Below are positions 47,283-56,548 of a stretch of DNA of 59,266 bases, in pieces. The stretch is from Patescibacteria group bacterium. Its GTDB lineage: Bacteria > Patescibacteriota > JABMPQ01. Both the position numbers and the translations under genes were made by a program. The stretch is from positions 1 through 59,266 of the forward strand of contig JAHJQX010000020.1 in NCBI GenBank assembly GCA_018818965.1. The letters run 5' to 3'. The stretch's first letter is position 1; every line of letters starts with the position of its first letter. Below the pieces are notes generated by a model, which saw nothing but the letters and a program-made list of their open reading frames with translations, was not told where the DNA came from and did no database searches.

Positions 47283-49997
47283 ATGGGCACAACCAAAACA
47301 CAATACTATCACCTTTCCGCGGAGGATGTATTCAAACAACTACAGAGTAGTCGAGAGGGACTATCTGCTAGTGAAGTAGCTAAGAGAGCAGTTGAGTATG
47401 GCTCTAATACTTTACCGAAAGAGAAGCCACCCACTTGGCTGGCTTTATTACTGTCGCAGTTTAAAGGGATTTTGATATATATATTGCTGGTAGCGGCGGG
47501 AATAAATTTTGGTTTAGTTTGTCGCGAGCACAATGGCTTGACATTTGGCCTGTCTGAGCAAGCTGATACTTATATTATTTTGTTAGCAGTTTTAGTTAAC
47601 GTTATAATCGGTTTTGTTCAGGAAGGACGAGCCCAGAAATCACTACAGGCGTTGGAGAAAATCATTACCTTAAAAGCGCGAGTTGTCAGAGACGGCCGAG
47701 AACAGATGATTGACGCTAAGGAATTAGTACCTGGCGATATCATTATCATAGCAGCCGGCGATAAAGTGCCAGCCGACGCCCGACTATTTGAAGTAGAAAA
47801 ACTGGCGATAAACGAAGCGCCTCTGACCGGAGAAAGTGCACCGGAGGATAAGGTGACAGATGAACTGAAAAAAGATTTAAGTTTGGGCGATCAGGCGAAT
47901 ATGATATTTACCGGGACGACTATTACTAAGGGTCAAGGAGTGGCTGTGGTTGTAGAAATTGGAGAAAAAACGGAAATTGGGCACATCGCTAAGCTTCTCA
48001 AAGAAACGAAAGACGAAGAAACGCCGCTACAACAAAAGCTGAATGTTTTTTCCAAGAATATCGGATTAGTCATTTTAGGGGTTACGATTTTACTGGTGAT
48101 AATCGGGTATTTGCAGGGAGATCCTTTTATTGAGATATTCACTGTCTCGGTGGCGGTGGCCGTCTCAGCTTTACCAGAGGGGCTAGCAGTGGCCGTGACC
48201 GTTATTTTGGCAGTGGGGATGAGGCGTATTTTGGGACAAAAGGCTCTGGTTAGAAAGTTAGCCGCCGCGGAAACTTTAGGCTCGACGACAGTTATTTGTA
48301 CTGATAAAACTGGGACATTAACTGAAGGCAATATGCGAGTAACTAATTTAATAACTTGGAGTAAAGATTTTGACATTGGCCATACCGAAAAAGAACATCG
48401 TGATGAGAAAAATGAGGAGCTAATTTTTGCCCTGCATGCGGGTATGCTAAATAATGATGCCCGCATAGATAATCCAGATGATAATTTGGAAAAATGGGTT
48501 ATCTCTGGCAACTTAACGGAACGAGCGTTGCTCTCAGCAGCTATTCAAGCTGGCATAGATTACAAGCAGGAAAGAGCCAAATATCCCCGTTTAGATTCAG
48601 TCCCTTTCGACTCCTCAATTAAGTATATGGCGACCTTGCATAAGCTCAGTGAGGAGCAAAATATTGTTTATTTCAAAGGTGCCTCGGAAAAGGTTCTGGC
48701 TCGTTGTCAAAAGATTAGAGTAGGTAACCAAACAGAAATATTTGACGAGGAAAAAAAGAAAAAATTCCAAGAAAAATTTATTGCTTTAAGCGGCAAAGGT
48801 CTCAGAGTAATAGCAATCGCTTATCAGAAGGTGGATCGAGAGCAGCAGAAATTAACGGACGTTGATTTGAATGAGCTGGTTTTTATCGGCTTCTTTGGCA
48901 TCAAAGATCCCCTGCGTTCTACCTCCAAAGAGACCGTTCATCTTTGTCAAAAAGCAGGCATTAAGATCGTGATGATTACGGGAGATCATAAGCTGACTGC
49001 TCAGGCGATTGCCCAGGATTTAAAGTTGCCAGCTCAGGAGGAAAATATTTTAGAGGGAGAGGATCTTGATAAAATGAGCGATGATCAGCTGAAAGAAATT
49101 GTGGACAAAATTTCTGTCTACGCGCGGGTAAGTCCAGAGCATAAGTTGCGTATTGTCCAAGCCTGGTTCAAAAGGGGTGAAGTAGTGGCGATGACCGGCG
49201 ACGGAATTAATGATTCGCCAGCTTTGAAGGCGGCTGATATTGGGGTGGCTTTAGGGTCGGGGACACAAGTGGCCAAAGAAACAGCTGAGATGGTTATCCT
49301 CGATGATCATTTTAAAAGTATTGTCGGCGCTGTTAAAGAGGGTCGGGGAATATTCGATAACATCAAAAAAACCGTCCTGTATTTAATTTCGGACTCTTTT
49401 TCTGAGGTGATATTGGTTATTGGCACCATGATCTTGGGACTGCCTTTGCCACTTACGGCCGCTCAGATTTTGTGGATTAATTTGGTGAATGATACCCTGC
49501 CCAGTTTATCTTTGACTCAAGAGCCCCGAGAGAAGGAAATTATGGATGAACCACCCCGCGGTCGGAAGGCAAAAATATTAGACAAGGAGATGAAAATATT
49601 AGTGGCTATTGCTAGTGGCGTTAATGGTTTAATGAATATTGTCCTCTTTGTCTGTTTTTATAAATTTACCGGAGATATTGTTTTAGCTCGGACAGTTGTT
49701 TTTGCGGCTTTAGGCGTTGATTCTTTAGTCTATATCTTTAGTGTCCGCTCACTACGGCATTCAGTTTTAAAGTTTAATCCGTTTTCTAATAAATATTTAA
49801 TTGGTGCATTGATTATAAGCTTTGGGTTTTTATTGGCTGCTATCTATTGGCCCTTCATGCAGCAGATTATGAAGACTAAATCTCTCGGTCTATTCGAGTG
49901 GGTGATAGTAGCGAGTATGAGTATCGTGGTTGTATCTTTGATCGAGCTAGTTAAGTATGTTTTCTTGCGTCGGGGGAACAGAGCGGTTAAAAATTAA
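47283..49997 (+). CDS. cation-transporting P-type ATPase (type IIA/Ca2+-ATPase-like)
   Basis: 904 aa. The motifs are TGES (LTGESAPE), PEGL in TM4, the phosphorylation site ICTDKTGTLT, KGA.E, MITGDH and TGDGINDSPALKAADIGVA. It has 10 TM. Confidence 0.93.
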   Translation: MGTTKTQYYHLSAEDVFKQLQSSREGLSASEVAKRAVEYGSNTLPKEKPPTWLALLLSQFKGILIYILLVAAGINFGLVCREHNGLTFGLSEQADTYIILLAVLVNVIIGFVQEGRAQKSLQALEKIITLKARVVRDGREQMIDAKELVPGDIIIIAAGDKVPADARLFEVEKLAINEAPLTGESAPEDKVTDELKKDLSLGDQANMIFTGTTITKGQGVAVVVEIGEKTEIGHIAKLLKETKDEETPLQQKLNVFSKNIGLVILGVTILLVIIGYLQGDPFIEIFTVSVAVAVSALPEGLAVAVTVILAVGMRRILGQKALVRKLAAAETLGSTTVICTDKTGTLTEGNMRVTNLITWSKDFDIGHTEKEHRDEKNEELIFALHAGMLNNDARIDNPDDNLEKWVISGNLTERALLSAAIQAGIDYKQERAKYPRLDSVPFDSSIKYMATLHKLSEEQNIVYFKGASEKVLARCQKIRVGNQTEIFDEEKKKKFQEKFIALSGKGLRVIAIAYQKVDREQQKLTDVDLNELVFIGFFGIKDPLRSTSKETVHLCQKAGIKIVMITGDHKLTAQAIAQDLKLPAQEENILEGEDLDKMSDDQLKEIVDKISVYARVSPEHKLRIVQAWFKRGEVVAMTGDGINDSPALKAADIGVALGSGTQVAKETAEMVILDDHFKSIVGAVKEGRGIFDNIKKTVLYLISDSFSEVILVIGTMILGLPLPLTAAQILWINLVNDTLPSLSLTQEPREKEIMDEPPRGRKAKILDKEMKILVAIASGVNGLMNIVLFVCFYKFTGDIVLARTVVFAALGVDSLVYIFSVRSLRHSVLKFNPFSNKYLIGALIISFGFLLAAIYWPFMQQIMKTKSLGLFEWVIVASMSIVVVSLIELVKYVFLRRGNRAVKN

Positions 49998-50708
49998 ATG
50001 TCCAGCGCTCATCAGAAAATTATCGTATTTGATGTTACAACGCAGTGTAATTTAGATTGCGCTTTCTGTTTTGGACCGGAGAGTGGTGAGGATGAACCCA
50101 CCAATCAAGAGGCGAAAGAAATTATTAAGCAAGTTGCTGCTAGCGGAGCTGATAAAATTGTTTTCACGGGCGGAGAGCCACTACTGCGGAAAGATATTTT
50201 TGAACTGGTAGAATATGCTAGTCAACAAGGTCTGTATACTATATTACATACCAATGGGTTGCTATTTGATGAGGTTGTTCTAGAAAGGTTACGGGGTCGG
50301 CTTGATCAGATAAATTTACCCCTAGATGGAGCGGATGTGAGAGCCAACGATAGCCAACGAGGCGCTGGTCATTTTAAAAAAGTGTTATCGTCCTTGAAGT
50401 TGTTAAAGGACGAGAATATTTTGGTGGTAATCTCTAGTGTGGCTACAGCTAGGAATCAATCATTTCTACCAGCTGTTGGAAGAGTCTTGCAAAATCTAGC
50501 TGGTCAAGATAAAGCGCGAATAGATAAATGGCGGGTTTTCCAGTTCAGATCTGAGGGAAAAGCAGTCGAGGCAGAAAAGCAGTTGCAAATATCTAAAGCA
50601 GATTTTGCTGGTCTGATTGCAAAAATTACTAGTCAGAAGTATCCATTTTCGGTACAGTTCATTACCAGTAATGATGAAGAATTTTATAGTTCGTATAAAT
50701 TAATATAA
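49998..50708 (+). CDS. radical SAM protein, compact and viperin-like
   Basis: The CX3CX2C motif is TTQCNLDCAFCF, followed by KIVFTGGEPLL, ILHTNG, LDQINLPLDG...ND.QRG.G, VVISSV.T..N and KWRVFQF. From memory, this series aligns along the length of viperin (TRQCNYKCGFCF, INFSGGEPFL, IVSNG, LDILAISCDS..EE.N...GRG, FKINSVIN..N, RWKVFQC). Its ATG abuts the P-type ATPase stop. Confidence 0.8.
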   Translation: MSSAHQKIIVFDVTTQCNLDCAFCFGPESGEDEPTNQEAKEIIKQVAASGADKIVFTGGEPLLRKDIFELVEYASQQGLYTILHTNGLLFDEVVLERLRGRLDQINLPLDGADVRANDSQRGAGHFKKVLSSLKLLKDENILVVISSVATARNQSFLPAVGRVLQNLAGQDKARIDKWRVFQFRSEGKAVEAEKQLQISKADFAGLIAKITSQKYPFSVQFITSNDEEFYSSYKLI

Positions 50709-50718
50709 GGACAATATT

Positions 50719-51393
50719 ATGAAATTTTCTGGGCGAAAAGTTTTATTTCTTGTTTTGTTTATTGTGCTCGGGTCGGTTGCTTTGCAGATCCCGCTGGTAA
50801 ATATTGTGGGATCAGCGAGAAAGTTTACGGTGCTAGAATTATTCGGGCCATCAGCCGGCATGTTAGCTGGGCCGGTAGTCGGCACTATTTCTGTACTAGC
50901 CGTGAAGATTATTAGTGCTTTGATAACTGGAGCTTCATTTGATGTGGCCAGTATGTTACTACTTCTGACCATGCCGTTAGCTGCTCTCTATTTTGGTTCT
51001 AAATCTAAGTTGGTCGCGGTTATCCCTGTTGTTTGTATGACTTTATTTATTATGCATCCAATTGGACGCGAAGTTTGGTATTTCTCACTTTATTGGTTGA
51101 TCCCTATTTTGGGAGTATTCAAGAAAAAATTTCTCATTCTTAATAGTTTGGGATCCACCTTCACTGCTCACGCAGTTGGCTCGACCGTCTTTCTTTATGC
51201 CTTTGGCCTGCCAGCTGCCGCCTGGGTTGGTTTGATTCCGCAAGTGGCCCTCGAGCGAGGTTTTTTCGCCGTCGGTATTTGGTTTAGTTACCTAGTAATG
51301 AATAATGTATTTAATTTACTAGCTAGCAGTTGGTGTTTCCGGTTTATGGGGAAATTGGTTAACGATAAATACGTTTATTTTTTAAAAAGCTAA
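50719..51393 (+). CDS. polytopic membrane protein (about 6 TM), possibly transporter or S-component-like
   Basis: 224 aa and hydrophobic throughout (e.g. VLFLVLFIVLGSVALQIP, GPSAGMLAGPVVGTISVLAV, LLLLTMPLAALYF). There is no family motif I can name, so the transporter idea is only a guess from topology. Confidence 0.65.
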   Translation: MKFSGRKVLFLVLFIVLGSVALQIPLVNIVGSARKFTVLELFGPSAGMLAGPVVGTISVLAVKIISALITGASFDVASMLLLLTMPLAALYFGSKSKLVAVIPVVCMTLFIMHPIGREVWYFSLYWLIPILGVFKKKFLILNSLGSTFTAHAVGSTVFLYAFGLPAAAWVGLIPQVALERGFFAVGIWFSYLVMNNVFNLLASSWCFRFMGKLVNDKYVYFLKS

Positions 51394-51396
51394 GTA

Positions 51397-52473
51397 ATGG
51401 CTAGCCAAGAGAGACCAGTTGGGGATGTAGCGAAAGACACTCAGGGATCATATGAGAAATATGGCCTAGGAGACGATGAGGATTCATCAGGTATTATTAA
51501 GAGATTAGAGCAGGGTGAGCTATCTCCCGAGTTGTTTATTAAGGAACAGGATGAGCTAAAAGGTGTTGCTGGTTTTTCGCAGGTGCTAGAGGTAGCTGGG
51601 GCAAAATTATTAGAGAGAGTGCAAGGTGATTATACCCAAGCGAGAAAATTTTTTAGTCTTCGTGGATATAATGCTGAGCAGGTAGATAAATTTCGTCGCC
51701 TGAAAAATTACGAAGACTTGTTGGCAGCTGGAGCAAAATTACTCACCGATGAGGGAGAAGCAAAATTAGCTCGTTTGTATGAAAATGATGACGCGCCAGT
51801 GCCAGTCGGCACATATTTTTTGCGGGCGACCTTTTTTGATCGAGATGGAAATAAAAAGGAGCAAAGAGGGATGGTTGGGCATATATATGAACCTACTACC
51901 CAAGCGGTATTAGAAAAAAAAGCTCGAGCAGAAATATCGGCGATGGGTCTGCATAATTTTGGTATGGCGGTGGGTGGTGAAAAGTATCCTCTGGGACAAA
52001 AAGTTGACTTTATTATCACTGACGAGCGGGGAACACCAGTGGGAGAACCTTCATATGTAACTGTCGATGGCGCCGGATATCCAGTAAAGCGAAACAAGCA
52101 AGAATTTCACCCGGTGTGGTTAGCGGAAATTGCCGAACATGAGAGGGAAAAAAGTCTTACACCCGATGAAAGGTTTAAAGAAGCGATATATAAGTTAGTT
52201 TCTGATTTGCCAGCGGAAGCAGTCAAGTACGATAACAAATTATCAGATTTGCTTGGTAATGGTGCCGGTAATCTAAGTATTTATGGTTGGCTGTCACTGT
52301 TACGTGGTCTGGCAGATAACAAGGTAATGTCGTATTTGCCAAGTGATGAGGTAGCGATCAAAAAGGCGGAAAAACTAGAAGATGCTTGGAAAATGATGCG
52401 TGGCGGAGTTGGTGAATCAGCTGAGGAGGCAGAAGAATTAGTTTATAGAGTTATTGAAAAAATAGTCGGTTAA
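51397..52473 (+). CDS. hypothetical soluble protein
   Basis: 358 aa with no recognisable motif. It is spaced 3 nt from the upstream gene and 2 nt from the downstream gene. Confidence 0.7.
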   Translation: MASQERPVGDVAKDTQGSYEKYGLGDDEDSSGIIKRLEQGELSPELFIKEQDELKGVAGFSQVLEVAGAKLLERVQGDYTQARKFFSLRGYNAEQVDKFRRLKNYEDLLAAGAKLLTDEGEAKLARLYENDDAPVPVGTYFLRATFFDRDGNKKEQRGMVGHIYEPTTQAVLEKKARAEISAMGLHNFGMAVGGEKYPLGQKVDFIITDERGTPVGEPSYVTVDGAGYPVKRNKQEFHPVWLAEIAEHEREKSLTPDERFKEAIYKLVSDLPAEAVKYDNKLSDLLGNGAGNLSIYGWLSLLRGLADNKVMSYLPSDEVAIKKAEKLEDAWKMMRGGVGESAEEAEELVYRVIEKIVG

Positions 52474-52475
52474 AT

Positions 52476-53213
52476 ATGCAGAATCCCATTTGCCTCTCTA
52501 CCGGGTCAGTTCACGAATTTGTTCCTGATTTCAACGAACGCATTACTAAAGTTCGGGAATTTAAGCCTGATGGAGTAGAGATATGTTTAGCTCGTCCGAC
52601 TGAGTTGTTGGGTTTTGAAATTACCAGCGAGAACTTAAAATATTTACTAGGACTGGAATTTGTTTCAATTCATGCCCCAGTTATCGATATCACGTATCGT
52701 AATGATGAATTGAGCAGGAAAGTATTGGCCAAAGTCGAGAAGCTATCCCAGCAAATTGGAGCCAGAAATGTTGTTTTCCACCGCAAAGAGATGGAAGATC
52801 CTCAAATATTAAATGATTATAATTTTATTGCTTCTCTAGAGAATTTAGATTTTCGTAGTCCGGGTTGTATGCAAAATGTGGCCGAAGTGGAAAAAGAATT
52901 GGCTAAAGATAATAATTTAAAGCTCACTTTTGATTTTGCTCATGCCTTTAGCATTGATCCTAATTCAATCTCTAGTTTTGTTAAAGAATTTCGAGACAAA
53001 ATAGTAGAATTTCACGTTGCCTTTCTCGATCAAGACACCAGCGGACGTCCATCTTACCACTGGTTTCTGTATAAAAACGACAGCGAACAAATTAGGTCAT
53101 TTTTAAAGTTCTTAGATAACCCTAACATACCGATTGTTATCGAAAGCACGGCTGCTGAGCCAGAAGAGATGAGTTGGCTGGGGGAGGAAATAGAGTATTT
53201 AAGAGAGATTTAA
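52476..53213 (+). CDS. xylose-isomerase-like TIM-barrel (AP endonuclease 2 family) protein
   Basis: The beta-strand-end motif series is GVEICL, VSIHAP, NVVFH, SLENLD, LTFDFAHAF, VEFHV and VIES, typical of sugar-phosphate isomerase/epimerase-type TIM barrels. Confidence 0.6.
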   Translation: MQNPICLSTGSVHEFVPDFNERITKVREFKPDGVEICLARPTELLGFEITSENLKYLLGLEFVSIHAPVIDITYRNDELSRKVLAKVEKLSQQIGARNVVFHRKEMEDPQILNDYNFIASLENLDFRSPGCMQNVAEVEKELAKDNNLKLTFDFAHAFSIDPNSISSFVKEFRDKIVEFHVAFLDQDTSGRPSYHWFLYKNDSEQIRSFLKFLDNPNIPIVIESTAAEPEEMSWLGEEIEYLREI

Positions 53214-54067
53214 TCAGCTTCGATAACCAAGACCCGCTCTTTTCCCGCGAAGTCTTTTTTTATTTGCGGATAGCTGGGTGGGAAATATTTTTGGGCTAAC
53301 TGGACTAGCTTCTTGGTAAATGTCGGGTCGATTTCTAGAAAAATCAGTGCTCCCGGTTTGAGATGTGGTTGTGTCTGGCTTAGTAATTTCTTATATATCT
53401 CTACTCCTCCTTCTCTAGCCAGTAGGGCGATCTTAGGCTCAAATAGTCTGATGTCCTTACTGACTCCCCTGGCTGTGTTTTTTAATCTCTCCGGAGTAAC
53501 ATAAGGGAGGTTGGCCACTATAATATCAACTTTTTCTGGCAGGGGTTCAAGCAGGTTACCTTGTAAAAGTGTGACTTGTTTTGGCATTTTGTACTTAGCA
53601 ACATTAATCTCAGCCACTGCCAAAGCTTCTGCAGAAATATCAACCGCATAGATTTTAGCGACCGGTAGATTCTTTGCCAAGGCCACCGCAATGCATCCCG
53701 AACCCGTGCCAATATCGGCAATAATTTTTTGCTGGGTGGTGTCACCATATTTTTCGATAACTGTCTCAACTGACACTTCCGTATCTGGTCGGGGGATTAG
53801 CACTCTTTCGTCAACGTGGAAATCCAACCCGTAAAATTCTTTGTGCTTGGTAATATAAGCTATTGGTTCGTGCTTTTGCCGGCGGGTGACTAATTGCCAA
53901 TATTTTTTCTGTTGTTCAGCCGGCAGTTCTTGATCCAACTGTTCGTACAATTTTTCCTTAGTAACACCAAGCACAAAACACAAAAGCACCTCCGCGTCGA
54001 GGGCAGAGGAATCAGAAATTGCCTGAAGAGATTTTAATGCCTTTTGAAGTACCTTTTTAATAGTCAT
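53210..54067 (-). CDS. prmC: release-factor glutamine N5-methyltransferase (PrmC/HemK)
   Basis: The motifs are EPIAYI......F.GL.F.V...VLIPRPDTE, the SAM motif I DIGTGSGCIA, and motif IV IVANLPYV (NLPY instead of the canonical NPPY). It is in the same transcription direction as prfA. Confidence 0.9.
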   Translation of the reverse strand: MTIKKVLQKALKSLQAISDSSALDAEVLLCFVLGVTKEKLYEQLDQELPAEQQKKYWQLVTRRQKHEPIAYITKHKEFYGLDFHVDERVLIPRPDTEVSVETVIEKYGDTTQQKIIADIGTGSGCIAVALAKNLPVAKIYAVDISAEALAVAEINVAKYKMPKQVTLLQGNLLEPLPEKVDIIVANLPYVTPERLKNTARGVSKDIRLFEPKIALLAREGGVEIYKKLLSQTQPHLKPGALIFLEIDPTFTKKLVQLAQKYFPPSYPQIKKDFAGKERVLVIEAD

Positions 54068-54083
54068 CGTCGTTAATCAAAAT

Positions 54084-54163
54084 AAGGTTAATCATGGTTG
54101 GTGAGTGAACCCGGCCCCGATCTGATCGGGGCTAAGGTGAACGAACTAACCATGATTAACCTT
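54084..54163 (-). other. structured element D: a perfect 16-bp helix enclosing a 48-nt core (candidate cis-regulatory RNA) upstream of prmC
   Basis: The arms are AAGGTTAATCATGGTT (54084-99) and AACCATGATTAACCTT (54148-63). The inner stem is 9 bp, GCCCCGATC/GATCGGGGC (54114-32). The reverse complement of the core is 29/48 identical, ungapped, to the core of element E. Confidence 0.55.
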
Positions 54164-54167
54164 GTAC

Positions 54168-55397
54168 CTACCCTACCCAATAAGTATTAACAAACATGGT
54201 AATAAAAAGTGCGGAGAGCATGGAGCAGAGAATGATGGTAGCATAATTAAGAGTCTGATTGCGTCCCCACTTGGCCAACAGAATAAAGGCGGGGAAGAGA
54301 GCCAACGTAAATCTGCTCATGCTCATAAAAGTGCCGGTGATGGCAGGGATAAGCAAGTAAAGCAGCATATACAATCCGTAAGAACGACGCATGGAAATCA
54401 AGACGATGATAGATAAAGCAGCAAAAATTACAAAAAAGAGAAAGTCGAGGGAGTTAGTAAGGTAGAGGGCAAAATTTTCGTGCTGGGGATTGATAAGTAT
54501 GTTGGAATAGTGCGAGAGGGTGTTCCAAAAATGAGAGAAAGAAATCGAAGTTTGGCGACCCCAGGCGTCTTGAGCAAAGGCAAAAAGATAAGGGTTGTCG
54601 AATTTTTGGTAAAGATAATACATGTAAATACCCAATCCACCTGGGATGAGAAGGAGGTTAAGTGAATTAGCTTTGATTTTGAGGGGATTAAATTTGCGTT
54701 GTTCTAAATATTCCACCAGTAGAATGCCAAGCATAATGATACCAGCGGGGCGGGTGAGACTGGCTAGCATACCCCAAATAGAGGCAGCATACCATTGTCC
54801 CCGCCGGGCGTGGTAAAAACTTGCTACTACCGTGAGTAAGAAAAGTGATTCAGAATAGATGGAAGCCAAAAAAATAGAAGTAGGGAAAATTAACATATAC
54901 AAAACCGAACGCAAGGCGGTGCGCTGGCTGATTTCTATTTTAACTAAATAATAAAGATAAAAGCAGGTGGCCAGAGTACAAAGGCTGGAAACAATTACTC
55001 CAGCCAAGGCGTATTGGTTGTTGGTAATAAAAGAAAAGAGTCGAATTAGTTGGGGGTAAAGGGGGAAAAACACGACACTCGACCATTCTCCAGGAGCGGT
55101 CCAATAGTAACCTTTTTCGGCGATGCTAAGGTACCAACCAGAATCCCAACGAGCCCAGTATTGTAAATATGAGGGAATTTTTTCTAGCCAGGTCTGGCCG
55201 GCGTCAGTGGACCAACTATAAGCTGGATCATTAGTTAAGCCGAGTCGTCCTTTGGCCAGGAAAGCCATCAGCCAAATAATCAACCGCCAAGCAGTGAATA
55301 GACCCAAAATAGATAAAACCTCCCGCCAGTTTATTCGTTGTTTTTTTACCCGCACCTTCACCGGGTGGTGGTCTTTGTGTCGCCTGATCAAATCCAT
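54168..55397 (-). CDS. GT-C-type integral membrane glycosyltransferase, PIG-V-like mannosyltransferase family
   Basis: 409 aa and ~10 TM. The WARWDSGWYLSIAEKGY motif is characteristic of the PIG-V family. It lies between prfA and prmC. Confidence 0.7.
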   Translation of the reverse strand: MDLIRRHKDHHPVKVRVKKQRINWREVLSILGLFTAWRLIIWLMAFLAKGRLGLTNDPAYSWSTDAGQTWLEKIPSYLQYWARWDSGWYLSIAEKGYYWTAPGEWSSVVFFPLYPQLIRLFSFITNNQYALAGVIVSSLCTLATCFYLYYLVKIEISQRTALRSVLYMLIFPTSIFLASIYSESLFLLTVVASFYHARRGQWYAASIWGMLASLTRPAGIIMLGILLVEYLEQRKFNPLKIKANSLNLLLIPGGLGIYMYYLYQKFDNPYLFAFAQDAWGRQTSISFSHFWNTLSHYSNILINPQHENFALYLTNSLDFLFFVIFAALSIIVLISMRRSYGLYMLLYLLIPAITGTFMSMSRFTLALFPAFILLAKWGRNQTLNYATIILCSMLSALFITMFVNTYWVG

Positions 55398-55398
55398 T

Positions 55399-56463
55399 TT
55401 AGTTTTGCGATAGTTTACGTTGTTGATCTTCGGCAGTCAACTTGCCTATCAGTATAGCAAGATTTCCGTCTAACACCTCGGAGATATTTTTGACACTAAA
55501 CTTGATACGGTGGTCAGTAATACGATCCTGGGGGAAATTATAGGTACGGATTTTTTCACTGCGGTCGCCGGTACCAACTTGAGTATTACGGGCGTCTCCA
55601 CGTTCCTTTCTTTGTCGTTCCTGTTCTTCAAATAGTAGACGAGAACGTAACACCTTCATCGCTTTATCACGATTTTTATGCTGTGATTTCTCATCCTGGC
55701 AGGAGACAACTACGCCGGATGGCTTATGAGTGATTCGGATAGCAGAATCTGTTGTATTGACACTTTGTCCGCCAGGGCCAGAAGAGCGGAATGTATCGAT
55801 TTCTAGATCTTTGGGATCAATCTCAATATCTACATCCTTGGCTTCCGGTAGCACTGCTACCGTAGCGGCTGAAGTATGGATGCGACCACTTTTTTCTGTT
55901 TCTGGTACGCGTTGAACACGATGGACGCCACTTTCATATTTGAGTTGTTTATATGCGTTCTCACCCTTGACGGCAAAAATTATTTCTTTGAACCCACCGA
56001 TGCCAGTGCGGCTAGAGTTTATCAATTCCAGGTGTAATCTATTTTGTTCAGCGTAACGAGAATACATTCGGTAAAGATTGGCGGCAAAGAGAGCAGCTTC
56101 TTCGCCACCCACCCCCGCTCGGATTTCCATAATAACGTTTTTATCATCATTGGGGTCTTGGGGAAGCAGAGTGACTTGTAATTTATCTTCTAATTCTCTT
56201 TTTTGTGCCTGTAATCCAGTCAACTCTTCTTCAGCCATAGCTATCAGGTCGTTGTCATTTTCCGAGGAGATGATTTTTTTGTCTTCTTGGATACCCTGGA
56301 TAATTTCGTGGTACTTTTTGCCCAGATTGTTAATATCTTCTAAAGCAGCCTGGCGCTGAGAGAGTTCTTTTAATTTCTGCGGATCAGAAGAAATCTCAGG
56401 TCGATTGAGCTGGTCAGCAATATCTTGGTATTCTTTTTCTAATTTAGCTAATTTCTCTAGCAT
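55399..56463 (-). CDS. prfA: peptide chain release factor 1
   Basis: 354 aa. The RF1-type tripeptide region is [17 protein letters not shown] (P-x-T), the GGQ motif is [14 protein letters not shown], and there is also DHR. Confidence 0.97.
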   Translation of the reverse strand: MLEKLAKLEKEYQDIADQLNRPEISSDPQKLKELSQRQAALEDINNLGKKYHEIIQGIQEDKKIISSENDNDLIAMAEEELTGLQAQKRELEDKLQVTLLPQDPNDDKNVIMEIRAGVGGEEAALFAANLYRMYSRYAEQNRLHLELINSSRTGIGGFKEIIFAVKGENAYKQLKYESGVHRVQRVPETEKSGRIHTSAATVAVLPEAKDVDIEIDPKDLEIDTFRSSGPGGQSVNTTDSAIRITHKPSGVVVSCQDEKSQHKNRDKAMKVLRSRLLFEEQERQRKERGDARNTQVGTGDRSEKIRTYNFPQDRITDHRIKFSVKNISEVLDGNLAILIGKLTAEDQQRKLSQN

Positions 56464-56500
56464 ATATACTATTAAACCACGAAACTATGGTACACAGCAA

Positions 56501-56529
56501 ACAAAAATCAGAGCCGAAAAGCTCCGATT
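56501..56529 (-). terminator. intrinsic terminator after rpmE
   Basis: The reverse strand reads AATCGGAGC-TTTTCG-GCTCTGATT (9 bp, one mismatch) followed by TTTTGTTTG. Confidence 0.5.
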
Positions 56530-56548
56530 TTATTAAACGCCATTTTAG

